A stretch of DNA of 64,000 nt, taken from NCBI GenBank assembly GCA_963737635.1, contig CAVTTL010000001.1:1472001-1536000 (forward strand), in the 5' to 3' direction. A program made the translations under genes and the position numbers. Source of the DNA: an uncultured Methanoregulaceae archaeon (lineage in GTDB: Archaea; Halobacteriota; Methanomicrobia; Methanomicrobiales; Methanospirillaceae). Positions 1 through 8,545 of this stretch are shown here, one piece after another; positions within the stretch are counted from its first letter, which is position 1; each line of letters opens with the position of its first letter. The notes beneath the pieces are model-generated. The model did no database searches, was not told the origin of the DNA, and saw nothing but the letters and a program-made list of their open reading frames with translations.

Positions 1-1376
1 ACGTGCTGGTGGATATCGCCCATGTGCTGATGCTCGAACGACAGAAGATTATCAGCACCGACATCGCAAAGCAGCTCATGCCGGCACTGCTTGAGCTCAA
101 CAGCGAAGGAGTCCCTGAAGAAGTCTTTGACGACCGGTTCGAGGACGTTCATGCCGGGATCGAATCCCTTTTAATCGAAGCCATTGGTTCCGATGTTGGC
201 GGCCGCATGCATATGGGCCGATCGCGCAACGATGAAGTGGCAACCTGCATCCGTCTCAAGCTGCGCGAAGACCTACTCAAGCAGATGGGGGCACTTTTAA
301 AAGTCCGCGAAGTTCTCATCGCGCTTGCCGAGCAGCACCGGGAATCGATCATGCCCGGCTTTACCCACCTGCAGCACGCCCAGCCCACTACCCTCGCCCA
401 TCACCTCCTTGCCTACGAGCAGCAGTTCTCCCGGGATTTTGACCGGCTGCATGACGCGTATGCCCGGGTCAACCTCTGCCCGCTTGGGGCTGCCGCGTTT
501 GCATCCACCGGGTACCCCATCGACCGCGAATTTACCGCAAAACTGCTCGGGTTTGACGGCCCGGTCGTAAATACCATGGATGCCGTTGCGACCCGGGACT
601 TTGCCCTTGAAACCCTTGCCGATCTCTCCATCCTGATGGCAAACGTGAGCCGGCTCTGCGAGGAGCTGGTCATCTGGAGCACCTCGTTTGTGAAATTTGT
701 CACGCTTGATGACGCGTTCTGCTCAACTTCGTCCATCATGCCACAGAAGAAGAACCCGGACACCGCTGAGATCATGCGGGCAAAGACCGGATCGGTCTTC
801 GGGGCTTATACCGGGGCGCTTATGACGGTCAAAGGCCTTCCCATGAGCTATAATCGTGACCTCCAGGAACTCACTCCTAACATATGGCGCGGGATGCGGG
901 ACGCAAAAGAGAGCCTGCGTCTCCTCATCGATATGCTCTCCAGCGCTACGTTCGACACCGGGCGCATGAAAGAGGAGGCCGGTAAAGGGTTCTCGACCGC
1001 AACCGATCTTGCCGATACGCTCGTGCGGGATTACGGTCTTGCCTTCCGCGTAGCCCATAACATCGTGGGTCGGGCAGTCCAGAAGGGAAACCTTACCCTT
1101 GAGAATCTTGAGACGGCGGCAAAGGAGCTCGATCTCGGGATCTCCCTTTCAGATAAGGGGCTTACACAGGACCAGATCGATGCTGCGCTCGATGTGACAA
1201 ACTCTGTCGGTACACGAAAGGCGACTGGGGGACCGGCGCCGTTTGCAACGAAGATCGCGATTGCGGACCGGAAAAAACAGCTCGATACGGACTCAGCGTT
1301 CATCGACGACCGGCTGGCAAAAATCTCAAAAACAAAAGAAGACCTGATCTCTGATGCACGGAGGCTGGTAGTATAA
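1..1376 (+). CDS. argH: Argininosuccinate lyase (5' truncated by window edge)
   Basis: Motifs GRSRNDEV, MPGFTHLQHAQP, SSIMPQKKNPD, YNRDLQE. Confidence 0.97.
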   Translation, partial: VLVDIAHVLMLERQKIISTDIAKQLMPALLELNSEGVPEEVFDDRFEDVHAGIESLLIEAIGSDVGGRMHMGRSRNDEVATCIRLKLREDLLKQMGALLKVREVLIALAEQHRESIMPGFTHLQHAQPTTLAHHLLAYEQQFSRDFDRLHDAYARVNLCPLGAAAFASTGYPIDREFTAKLLGFDGPVVNTMDAVATRDFALETLADLSILMANVSRLCEELVIWSTSFVKFVTLDDAFCSTSSIMPQKKNPDTAEIMRAKTGSVFGAYTGALMTVKGLPMSYNRDLQELTPNIWRGMRDAKESLRLLIDMLSSATFDTGRMKEEAGKGFSTATDLADTLVRDYGLAFRVAHNIVGRAVQKGNLTLENLETAAKELDLGISLSDKGLTQDQIDAALDVTNSVGTRKATGGPAPFATKIAIADRKKQLDTDSAFIDDRLAKISKTKEDLISDARRLVV

Positions 1377-2611
1377 CCGCATTATTTTCTTCGGGGGATC
1401 AGGTCACCTGCACGTACGGCAACAGGACACTTTCCGGGACCTACATTACCGATCGCGACGGCATGGCGGTTGTGAAACTTTCAAGCGGTTATAATATCGG
1501 CGTGGAGAAAGCGTGCTGCACACTTGTATGCAGTGTCCCGGCCCCCGCCTCCCGCCAGGTGCCGATCCGGCAGGACCAGGATCTTCCCGAACTTGCCATC
1601 ATCTCTACCGGCGGCACAATTGCAAGCCGGATCGATTACCGGACCGGGGCCGTAACCAGCCAGTTCGATGCGGATGATATTCTCATCGCGATCCCGGTTC
1701 TTGCCGAGATCGGCCGCTACCGCACGAAACAGCTCTACACCATCCTCTCCGAAAACATGACTCCGGCGATCTGGCAGGAGCTTGCAAAGGCAATTTATGA
1801 TGAAATAAAGCACGGCGTCACAGGTGTCATTGTTACACATGGCACAGATACGATGGCCTACAGCGCAGCTGCCATCAGTTTCATGATCGACACTCCTGTT
1901 CCGATTGTCTTTGTCGGGTCCCAGCGTTCGGCCGACCGGCCGTCCAGCGACAATGCGATGAATGCGGTCTGTGCAGCACGTGTGGCAGAGAGTGATCTGG
2001 GTGAAGTGGTCGTCGTTATGCACGGGACGACGAATGATGACTCCTGTGCCATCCACCGGGGCACCCGTGTGCGAAAGATGCACACTTCCCGGCGCGATGC
2101 GTTCAAAAGTATCGGTATTCCCCCGGTCGGGGCGGTGGATTATGCAACCCGCATAGTAACCCTGACCGACATGGCAGTCCGCAGGGGCACGCATAAACTA
2201 GCCCTGCACGACAAACTCGAACCACATTGCGGCCTTGTCCAGTTCTATCCCGGCATGTCCCCGGATCTCCTGAACCTCTACGAGGGATACAAGGGGCTTA
2301 TTCTCTCAGGTACTGGTCTTGGGCACGTGAGCACGGCGCTGATCCCGCAGATACAACACCTGATTGCCAGTGGCACACAGGTAGTCATGACCTCGCAGTG
2401 CATGAACGGCCGGGTCTGTGACCGGGTCTATGATACGGGACGCGACCTTCTGGCCGCCGGCGTCATCGAAGGCGGCGATATGCTTCCCGAAGTAGCACTC
2501 GTTAAGCAGATGTGGGTGCTCGGCAATGAGAAAGACCCGGAGAAAGCAGCGGTGCTGATGAAGAGTGATCTCAAAGGTGAGTGTATGCAGAGGAGCGCCC
2601 ATGGCTTATAA
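1373..2611 (+). CDS. gatD: Glutamyl-tRNA(Gln) amidotransferase subunit D
   Basis: Asparaginase-like motifs STGGTIAS, THGTDTM, GSQRSADRPSSD, KMHTSRRDAF. The frame is open upstream of ATG 1463 to an ATA at 1373 overlapping the argH stop; start uncertain. Confidence 0.95.
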   Translation: MTALFSSGDQVTCTYGNRTLSGTYITDRDGMAVVKLSSGYNIGVEKACCTLVCSVPAPASRQVPIRQDQDLPELAIISTGGTIASRIDYRTGAVTSQFDADDILIAIPVLAEIGRYRTKQLYTILSENMTPAIWQELAKAIYDEIKHGVTGVIVTHGTDTMAYSAAAISFMIDTPVPIVFVGSQRSADRPSSDNAMNAVCAARVAESDLGEVVVVMHGTTNDDSCAIHRGTRVRKMHTSRRDAFKSIGIPPVGAVDYATRIVTLTDMAVRRGTHKLALHDKLEPHCGLVQFYPGMSPDLLNLYEGYKGLILSGTGLGHVSTALIPQIQHLIASGTQVVMTSQCMNGRVCDRVYDTGRDLLAAGVIEGGDMLPEVALVKQMWVLGNEKDPEKAAVLMKSDLKGECMQRSAHGL

Positions 2612-4448
2612 GACCGTGGGACTTATGGCTGGTATCGAGATCCACCAGCAGCTCGATACCAAGGAGAAGCTCTTCTGCCACTGCCCGACGACGCTCATGA
2701 ATAACGCTGAGCATACCGGGGAGTTCTTCCGGTACCTGCGGGCGACAGAGAGTGAGATGGGTGAGATTGACCGGGCCGCACAGGAAGAGATGAAACGGGT
2801 GCGCAAGTTCCAGTATTATACCTACGGAACCACCTGTCTCGTCGAGAACGATGAGGAGCCGCCCGCGCCACTCAACGAAGAAGCGCTCACCATTGGCCTC
2901 ACTATTGCAAAGACGTTTAGTATGACGCCGATCCCGCAGGTGCACACGATGCGCAAGCTCGTGATCGACGGCTCCAATACGAGCGGGTTCCAGCGCACGG
3001 CCCTTGTGGCAATCAACGGCGCCCTCCCGAATGGTGGGATCATCGAGACGATCTGTATCGAGGAGGAAGCGGCGCAAAGAGTCAAGGACGATATCTTCTC
3101 CCTTGACCGTCTCGGTATCCCGCTTGTCGAGATAACGACCTCGCCGTGCATGCATACCCCGGAGGACGTCCAGCAGGTTGCCGAGTATATCGGCATGGTG
3201 CTCCGGTCGACCGGCGCAGTCAAGCGTGGCCTCGGGACGATACGGCAGGATGTCAATATCTCAATCAAAGACGGTGCCCGTGTCGAGATAAAAGGTGTAC
3301 AGGAACTCGACCTTATTGCGGAAGTCGTCCGCCGGGAAGTCCAGCGGCAACAGAGCCTGCTTGCAATTCACGCGGAGCTTGTCAAACGTAACGTCAGCGT
3401 CGGCATGGAGCAGATCGATATCACGGATCTCTTTAAAGAGACTAAGTCTGCGATCCTCAAAAAGGCAAAGAAGATCTATGCCCTTGTCCTACCGGGTTTC
3501 GCCGGGCTTGTCGGCCGCGAGATCCAGCCCGGCCGCCGGCTCGGGAGCGAGATGTCGGATTATGCAAAGAAGTGCGGAGTTGGTGGGATCTTCCACACCG
3601 ACGAACTCCCGGCGTACGGTGTCACCGCAGACGAGGTCGCATGCCTCCGCGAGTTTGTCCATGCACAAGAACAGGACTGCGTGATCCTTATTGCCGGCGC
3701 AAACGAAAAGCAGGCGGGCTGTGCCTGGAACCAAGTGCACAATCGGGCGAAGATCGCCCTGTCGGACAAGCCCGTTCCCGAAGAGACCCGGAAGATGCTT
3801 GAAGAGGGCAGTACGGCATATATGCGCCCTCTCCCCGGGGCGGAGCGGATGTATCCCGAGACCGATGTCCTACCAGTACGGATTGACGAATGCCGGTGGA
3901 ATGCGGTGACCGTGCCGGAGCTTTTAACCGTCAAAGCCGAGCGGTTCGCAAAGGAACTCGGGCTTGACCCAGCCGTCGCCCGGCAGATGGCATTCTCCGA
4001 GTACCGCCCCCTTTTCGAGCAGGCGCTTACCGCAGGGGTCAAGGCAAACCTCGCGTCCCGCGCGCTGCTGGCGACCATAAAGGAAATCCGTCGGGACGGC
4101 GTGAACACCGACGTGATTCCGGACGATGCGATCCTCTCCGTTCTCAAGGCAGTTGAGAATGGCACCGCGGCAAAGGAGGCAATCCCGGAGATCCTCACGG
4201 CAATTGCCGGGGGAAGCACGGCTGAACAGGCAATGGCCAAACTTGCCCCTGCTGTCTCCCGTGACGAGCTTGAAACAGTGATCAGGAAGATTGTTGATGA
4301 GCGTGCGGAGTTTGTGGCCCAGAAACAGAAGGCTGCTCTTGGCCCCCTCATGGGGGTCGTGATGCAGGAAGTCCGGGGTTCTGTGGACGGGAAAGTTGTA
4401 AGCGAGCTGCTCAAAAAAGAGATCGAAAAGGCGCTGGGGCGGAAGTGA
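2601..4448 (+). CDS. gatE: Glutamyl-tRNA(Gln) amidotransferase subunit E
   Basis: GIEIHQQLDT, IDGSNTSGFQRT, LDRLGIPLVEI, GTIRQDVNISI, RPLPGAERMYPETD; overlaps gatD end. Confidence 0.97.
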   Translation: MAYKTVGLMAGIEIHQQLDTKEKLFCHCPTTLMNNAEHTGEFFRYLRATESEMGEIDRAAQEEMKRVRKFQYYTYGTTCLVENDEEPPAPLNEEALTIGLTIAKTFSMTPIPQVHTMRKLVIDGSNTSGFQRTALVAINGALPNGGIIETICIEEEAAQRVKDDIFSLDRLGIPLVEITTSPCMHTPEDVQQVAEYIGMVLRSTGAVKRGLGTIRQDVNISIKDGARVEIKGVQELDLIAEVVRREVQRQQSLLAIHAELVKRNVSVGMEQIDITDLFKETKSAILKKAKKIYALVLPGFAGLVGREIQPGRRLGSEMSDYAKKCGVGGIFHTDELPAYGVTADEVACLREFVHAQEQDCVILIAGANEKQAGCAWNQVHNRAKIALSDKPVPEETRKMLEEGSTAYMRPLPGAERMYPETDVLPVRIDECRWNAVTVPELLTVKAERFAKELGLDPAVARQMAFSEYRPLFEQALTAGVKANLASRALLATIKEIRRDGVNTDVIPDDAILSVLKAVENGTAAKEAIPEILTAIAGGSTAEQAMAKLAPAVSRDELETVIRKIVDERAEFVAQKQKAALGPLMGVVMQEVRGSVDGKVVSELLKKEIEKALGRK

Positions 4449-4540
4449 AAAGCGGCTTTTGTCCCTCTTTTCTTGTTGAACCGTAATTTAGTCCACATAT
4501 GCCATTTGATTTTCGATGTGACTGAACCGTGCCGGCTCAC

Positions 4541-4946
4541 CTATCCCGGAGTCCCGAACGTGAACTTGCTCTGCCCGTGGTAATTCCAGAGAAACGCACA
4601 ACAGGTCGCAAAGATCTTGGCTATGATAGGAGTAAGGGAAAAGAAGGTTACGCTGAGCCAGACAATCCCGAGGTTGACTATCAGGCAGGAGACCGAGATC
4701 GCCGCAAAGGTCGCAAACTGAGTGGTGGTCTTCCGGCTCATGTCGTGGAAGGTGATGTACCTGTTCGCGGTGTAACTGACGACGATCCCGCAACAGTACG
4801 AGAACGTGGCTGCGTACAGGTACCAGACCCCAAGCCACGTGGTACAGCAGGTACATCAGTCCGATATCCACCAGTGATGAGAAGACGCCGACACAAAAGA
4901 ACGGGACAATCCGCGATTTGAAGTGCCCTGCAATCTGTCTGTCCAT
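4541..4946 (-). CDS. GtrA-family 4-TM flippase-like protein, one frameshift near 4843
   Basis: Joined frames give FFCVGVFSSLVDIGLMYL..WYLYAATFSYCCGIVVSYTANRYITF..AKIFATCCAFLWNYHGQSKFTF, the GtrA pattern. Confidence 0.8.
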
Positions 4947-4990
4947 GTTCCTGTACTCCGCTCCCGGCTCGTGCACCGTGGTCCTGATCA

Positions 4991-7270
4991 TTAGACCGTT
5001 CCAAGACAATCGTACAGGGTATTATCTATCACTCCTTGGACTCCCGTCATTCCGGAGAGAGTGCTTACATTGACAGTTCTGAACTGGTTGCCCTGTGGAG
5101 ATAGGAAGCCTGATCCTGCCGGAGCAGACATCCCGGTCTGGTTTTCCAGGCTGCCGGTCGAGCCACCCCACTCGGAGGCGGGGACTGCCGTGCAGTGGGT
5201 ACTTACCCAGCTGAGGATCTCACTGTTTCCTCCGCCACCGGTTCCACCTGTCTCGAAATACCGGACCTTGCCTTTCCGGATGTAGTCCTGAAGGGTAGTC
5301 ACATTCAGGACTTGGTCGCTGCCCGTGAATCCCCCGAGGCACATGACCGGTTCTCCGGTCTCGATGATCAGGTCCGCCCCGGCTTGGGCGTTCGGGACCG
5401 CGATTATCCATGTCTCATTTGTGGTATGAGTAAGCAGGAATTCCGCAAGCTGGCTGGTTGACGCATCTCCCCCTCCCATACCCTGCGGCCCTTCGCTCAT
5501 AGCAGAAACCCCGGATGTCTGGTTACCTGGGAATCCTCCTGCGGTATTCATGCCGGAAATTCCGGGAGCGCTCATGTCGCCACGGAATCTCTGCGGACCT
5601 GCCGTCGGGATGTTACCCCCGTTCCCGTTCATAATTGGCGTAAAGGACCAGACTAAGGGGGCGATAAAGAGGATGCCGATTGCGATTATGATGATGTGCG
5701 TCCTGTGGTTTACCAAGGTTGCAGTCTTCCGTACCCGCATCCAGACAAGGAGCCCAGTACATGCAAGAGTCCCGAAAAGGACGAGAGGGATCAAGGGACC
5801 TGACCATTCCGCATCATAGGAAAGGAACAGGGTCTGGAGGAGGCCGGTTATGAGGATCGCGACGACAACGAGCCAGCCTGTCCAGCTGCCGGTAACGTAT
5901 TTCTGGTACAGCCCGGCCGCCCCAATCCCGATAAGCCCTGCAATTGGAGGGGCGATTGTTGCTATATAGTAGTCGTGCCAGAACCCGGTGGTGAAACTGA
6001 AGTAGAGGAGGCCGGGAATAAGCCAGAGCAGCATCGCGATGAGAGTGAGCCCTTTCTCGCTCGTATACCCAGCCTCGGCAAGTCCTTTGCGGGAGAAAGC
6101 ATTCGGTCTCCGTACCCAGGCGAGGACTCCGATGAGGGCGAATGCAAGGAGCCAGGAGATCTCTCCTGCAAGTCCTTCGCCAAAGACCCGGAAAATGCTC
6201 GGGCTTCCGCCACTGTTCATTCCTCCGCCTCCGTTCATACCGCCGTTGCCCGGAGCAGATCCGCCCATGAATCCGGATGATCCTGCGTGCTGTTGTCCTT
6301 CGCCGGAAGATGCCATCCCGCCCGGGCCACCCGGCGGAGCTCCCGAGATGCTGCCTTGGCTGCCACCTGGTCCCGGGAATGAGGAACCGGCCTGGCCTGC
6401 CGCCATTCCGCTGCTGTTCTGTCCCTGCCCTGGCTGCCCACCTGCAGAAGTACCTGGTCCTCCGCCCGTGTCTTCTATCCCGAGACGGTGGAGGCCGTTA
6501 TAATCAATGATGAGGCCAAGCACCGTGTTGTCCCCGCTGCCACCGATATACGGACGCTGATCTGCAGGGATCATGTCCACCGCGACTGCCCACGAGAGGG
6601 AGACTGCAAGGAGCACGGCTAGTGCAAAGACAAGATGGAGAACCCGCTTTTTTATCGGGATCCCCGTGCCGAGAAGGTAGATGGCAAGGATCGCCGGGAC
6701 GACGATGAACGCCTGGATCATCTTGATGTTAAAGCCGATCCCGACAAGGATGACGGAGCCAAGGAGCCAAGGCAGCGATCGTTCCCGCGCAGCCCGGAGA
6801 CCGGCCCAGAGCGCAAGGAGGAGGACAAAGATCAGCTGGGTGTCCATGGTCCCGTTCCGGGAGATCGCAACGAAAATCGGTGTCACAGCAAGGGCAAGGG
6901 CTGCTACAAGCCCCGCTGGCTTCCCAAACGGCCGGGACACAATAATGTAGACGAGGAAGACTGAGCCGATCCCAGCGAGTGCTTGGGGAAGGACGAGGAC
7001 CCAACCGCTGAATCCTAGCACTGCAGCAAAAGCCGCCTGGACCCAGAGGCCGACCGGAGGTTTGTCAATCGTTATAAACCCGGCAGGATCGAAGGAGTTA
7101 AAGAAGGCGATGCCCGGGTTTACGAGCATGCTTTTTGCAGCGGCGGCATAGTACGTATTCGTGATTCCTTGGTTCCAGATATTCCAGATATTGAGGAACG
7201 CGGAAAGAAGGAGGATCCCGCAGAGCAGGCACTCGGCCCGGTACCGGCTCAGGAATGCGGGAACTCTCAT
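4991..7270 (-). CDS. GT-C fold glycosyltransferase (PMT_2/ArnT-like, Bacillus YkcB-like) with Gly/Met/Pro-rich loops
   Basis: NTYYAAAAKSM, FITIDKPPVGLW, SRNGTMD, GFNIKM, RPYIGGS, YNGLHRL, HDYY, GGFTGSD; many TM helices. Confidence 0.88.
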   Translation of the reverse strand: MRVPAFLSRYRAECLLCGILLLSAFLNIWNIWNQGITNTYYAAAAKSMLVNPGIAFFNSFDPAGFITIDKPPVGLWVQAAFAAVLGFSGWVLVLPQALAGIGSVFLVYIIVSRPFGKPAGLVAALALAVTPIFVAISRNGTMDTQLIFVLLLALWAGLRAARERSLPWLLGSVILVGIGFNIKMIQAFIVVPAILAIYLLGTGIPIKKRVLHLVFALAVLLAVSLSWAVAVDMIPADQRPYIGGSGDNTVLGLIIDYNGLHRLGIEDTGGGPGTSAGGQPGQGQNSSGMAAGQAGSSFPGPGGSQGSISGAPPGGPGGMASSGEGQQHAGSSGFMGGSAPGNGGMNGGGGMNSGGSPSIFRVFGEGLAGEISWLLAFALIGVLAWVRRPNAFSRKGLAEAGYTSEKGLTLIAMLLWLIPGLLYFSFTTGFWHDYYIATIAPPIAGLIGIGAAGLYQKYVTGSWTGWLVVVAILITGLLQTLFLSYDAEWSGPLIPLVLFGTLACTGLLVWMRVRKTATLVNHRTHIIIIAIGILFIAPLVWSFTPIMNGNGGNIPTAGPQRFRGDMSAPGISGMNTAGGFPGNQTSGVSAMSEGPQGMGGGDASTSQLAEFLLTHTTNETWIIAVPNAQAGADLIIETGEPVMCLGGFTGSDQVLNVTTLQDYIRKGKVRYFETGGTGGGGNSEILSWVSTHCTAVPASEWGGSTGSLENQTGMSAPAGSGFLSPQGNQFRTVNVSTLSGMTGVQGVIDNTLYDCLGTV

Positions 7271-7437
7271 ACAAGCCGCCGCTCGATCAACGCAATCATG
7301 CGGGAGATCTCTTTCGCATTTTCCCTGCTGTGTTCCACCGCATCCTGTTCTATGTCAGAAAGTAACTCATGAATTCTCTCGATCTCTTCTAATGTAACAA
7401 TAAACCACTTCTGCCCGGATCGCGTAGATGGCATCAT
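7267..7437 (-). CDS. Small helical hypothetical protein coupled to the GT-C gene
   Basis: 56-aa ORF MMPSTRSGQKWFIVTLEEIERIHELL..; stop overlaps GT-C start (ATGA). Confidence 0.6.
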   Translation of the reverse strand: MMPSTRSGQKWFIVTLEEIERIHELLSDIEQDAVEHSRENAKEISRMIALIERRLV

Positions 7438-7721
7438 TTCCCGGCACCCCCATCTGTCTGGTGGATACACTCATTTGCGATGGATATATTAGTCACATGG
7501 TACCGGTGAGAACAAGTCCCCGGACCGGATATATTGAACCACACTGGATCATATATCGCATCCCGGCCTGCAACCGCTCGTTCTCTTCTATCCTGTACGC
7601 ATTTTCCGCACAAATCCATTCGGAAACAACAAAAATGCCAACTTATTTTATTCACTGCACTGATAGTATGGTAAAGCGTACCAGCCGCTCCTGTGTGCGC
7701 CTGAACAATCGGGGGTCTTTG

Positions 7722-8492
7722 ATGGTAGCAGACAAAAAAACGGTAAGCGTCTCAACAGATCCGGAATTCATACAGGAACTATCCGAATATCTCGAAGTCC
7801 TTTCAAACCCGGTGCGGCTCAAAATTCTCAAGGTCATTGAACGGGAACCAAAGGAGATCACCGAGATCTCCTCCCGCATCAATACCAGCTATGCGAATAC
7901 CAAAAAACACATAGACCAGCTGGTCCACATCGGCCTTGTGAAAAAAGAGGCTGGCTTTGGGAGGGAGACCGTAAAGGGGATTCACCCGGTCTGGAAATTC
8001 TCTCTTGCTGAAGGCGGTCTCGAAATGCTCATCAAGAATCTGGGGGTCTTTTCCCGGGTGAATATTCCTATGGGCTTTGGCGAGATCCAAAAAAGACTTG
8101 AATCGGTGCGGGCAGCCATCATAAAAGAGGCCGGCGCACACAACCCGGCACTCCATCTCCTGAGCGGGAGTCAGGCAGGCCAGACATTCCTGCTCAAAAA
8201 AGATCATATCGCTGTAGGCCGGGCAGATCCTGATAATCCTTCGCGCAGCGGCGAGAGCGATATCTTTCTTCCCGAAGATTATGTCATGGTCACCCGGATC
8301 ACAAAACCGCATGCAGTCATTTCCCGATCGGCGGAAGGCTGGCATGTCGAAGATCGCGGCAGCTCAGGAGGCACCTATATAAATAGTGAACTTATCTCCC
8401 CTCTGCACAAAACAATTCTTAAAGACGGGGATGTCATCGATTTCGCGTTAGGTGAGAGCGCGGCCCGGTTCCTTTTTATCTCAGGGAGTTGA
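7722..8492 (+). CDS. ArsR-type winged HTH + C-terminal FHA domain transcription regulator
   Basis: LEVLSNPVRLKILKVI..TKKHIDQLVHIGLV (ArsR HTH); AVGRAD..VTRITKPHAVI..VEDRGSSGGTYIN..LKDGDVIDF (FHA). Confidence 0.88.
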   Translation: MVADKKTVSVSTDPEFIQELSEYLEVLSNPVRLKILKVIEREPKEITEISSRINTSYANTKKHIDQLVHIGLVKKEAGFGRETVKGIHPVWKFSLAEGGLEMLIKNLGVFSRVNIPMGFGEIQKRLESVRAAIIKEAGAHNPALHLLSGSQAGQTFLLKKDHIAVGRADPDNPSRSGESDIFLPEDYVMVTRITKPHAVISRSAEGWHVEDRGSSGGTYINSELISPLHKTILKDGDVIDFALGESAARFLFISGS

Positions 8493-8545
8493 TGAGGTTT
8501 GAAGGAAGCCGGGGCTGCGCGCACGAGGAAGTGAGGATCTGTCAT

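Noticed and set aside
3560-4540. Long antisense ORFs (also 26502..27416, 35561..36517, 36590..37600)
   Set aside because: Shadows of well-supported GC-rich genes on the opposite strand
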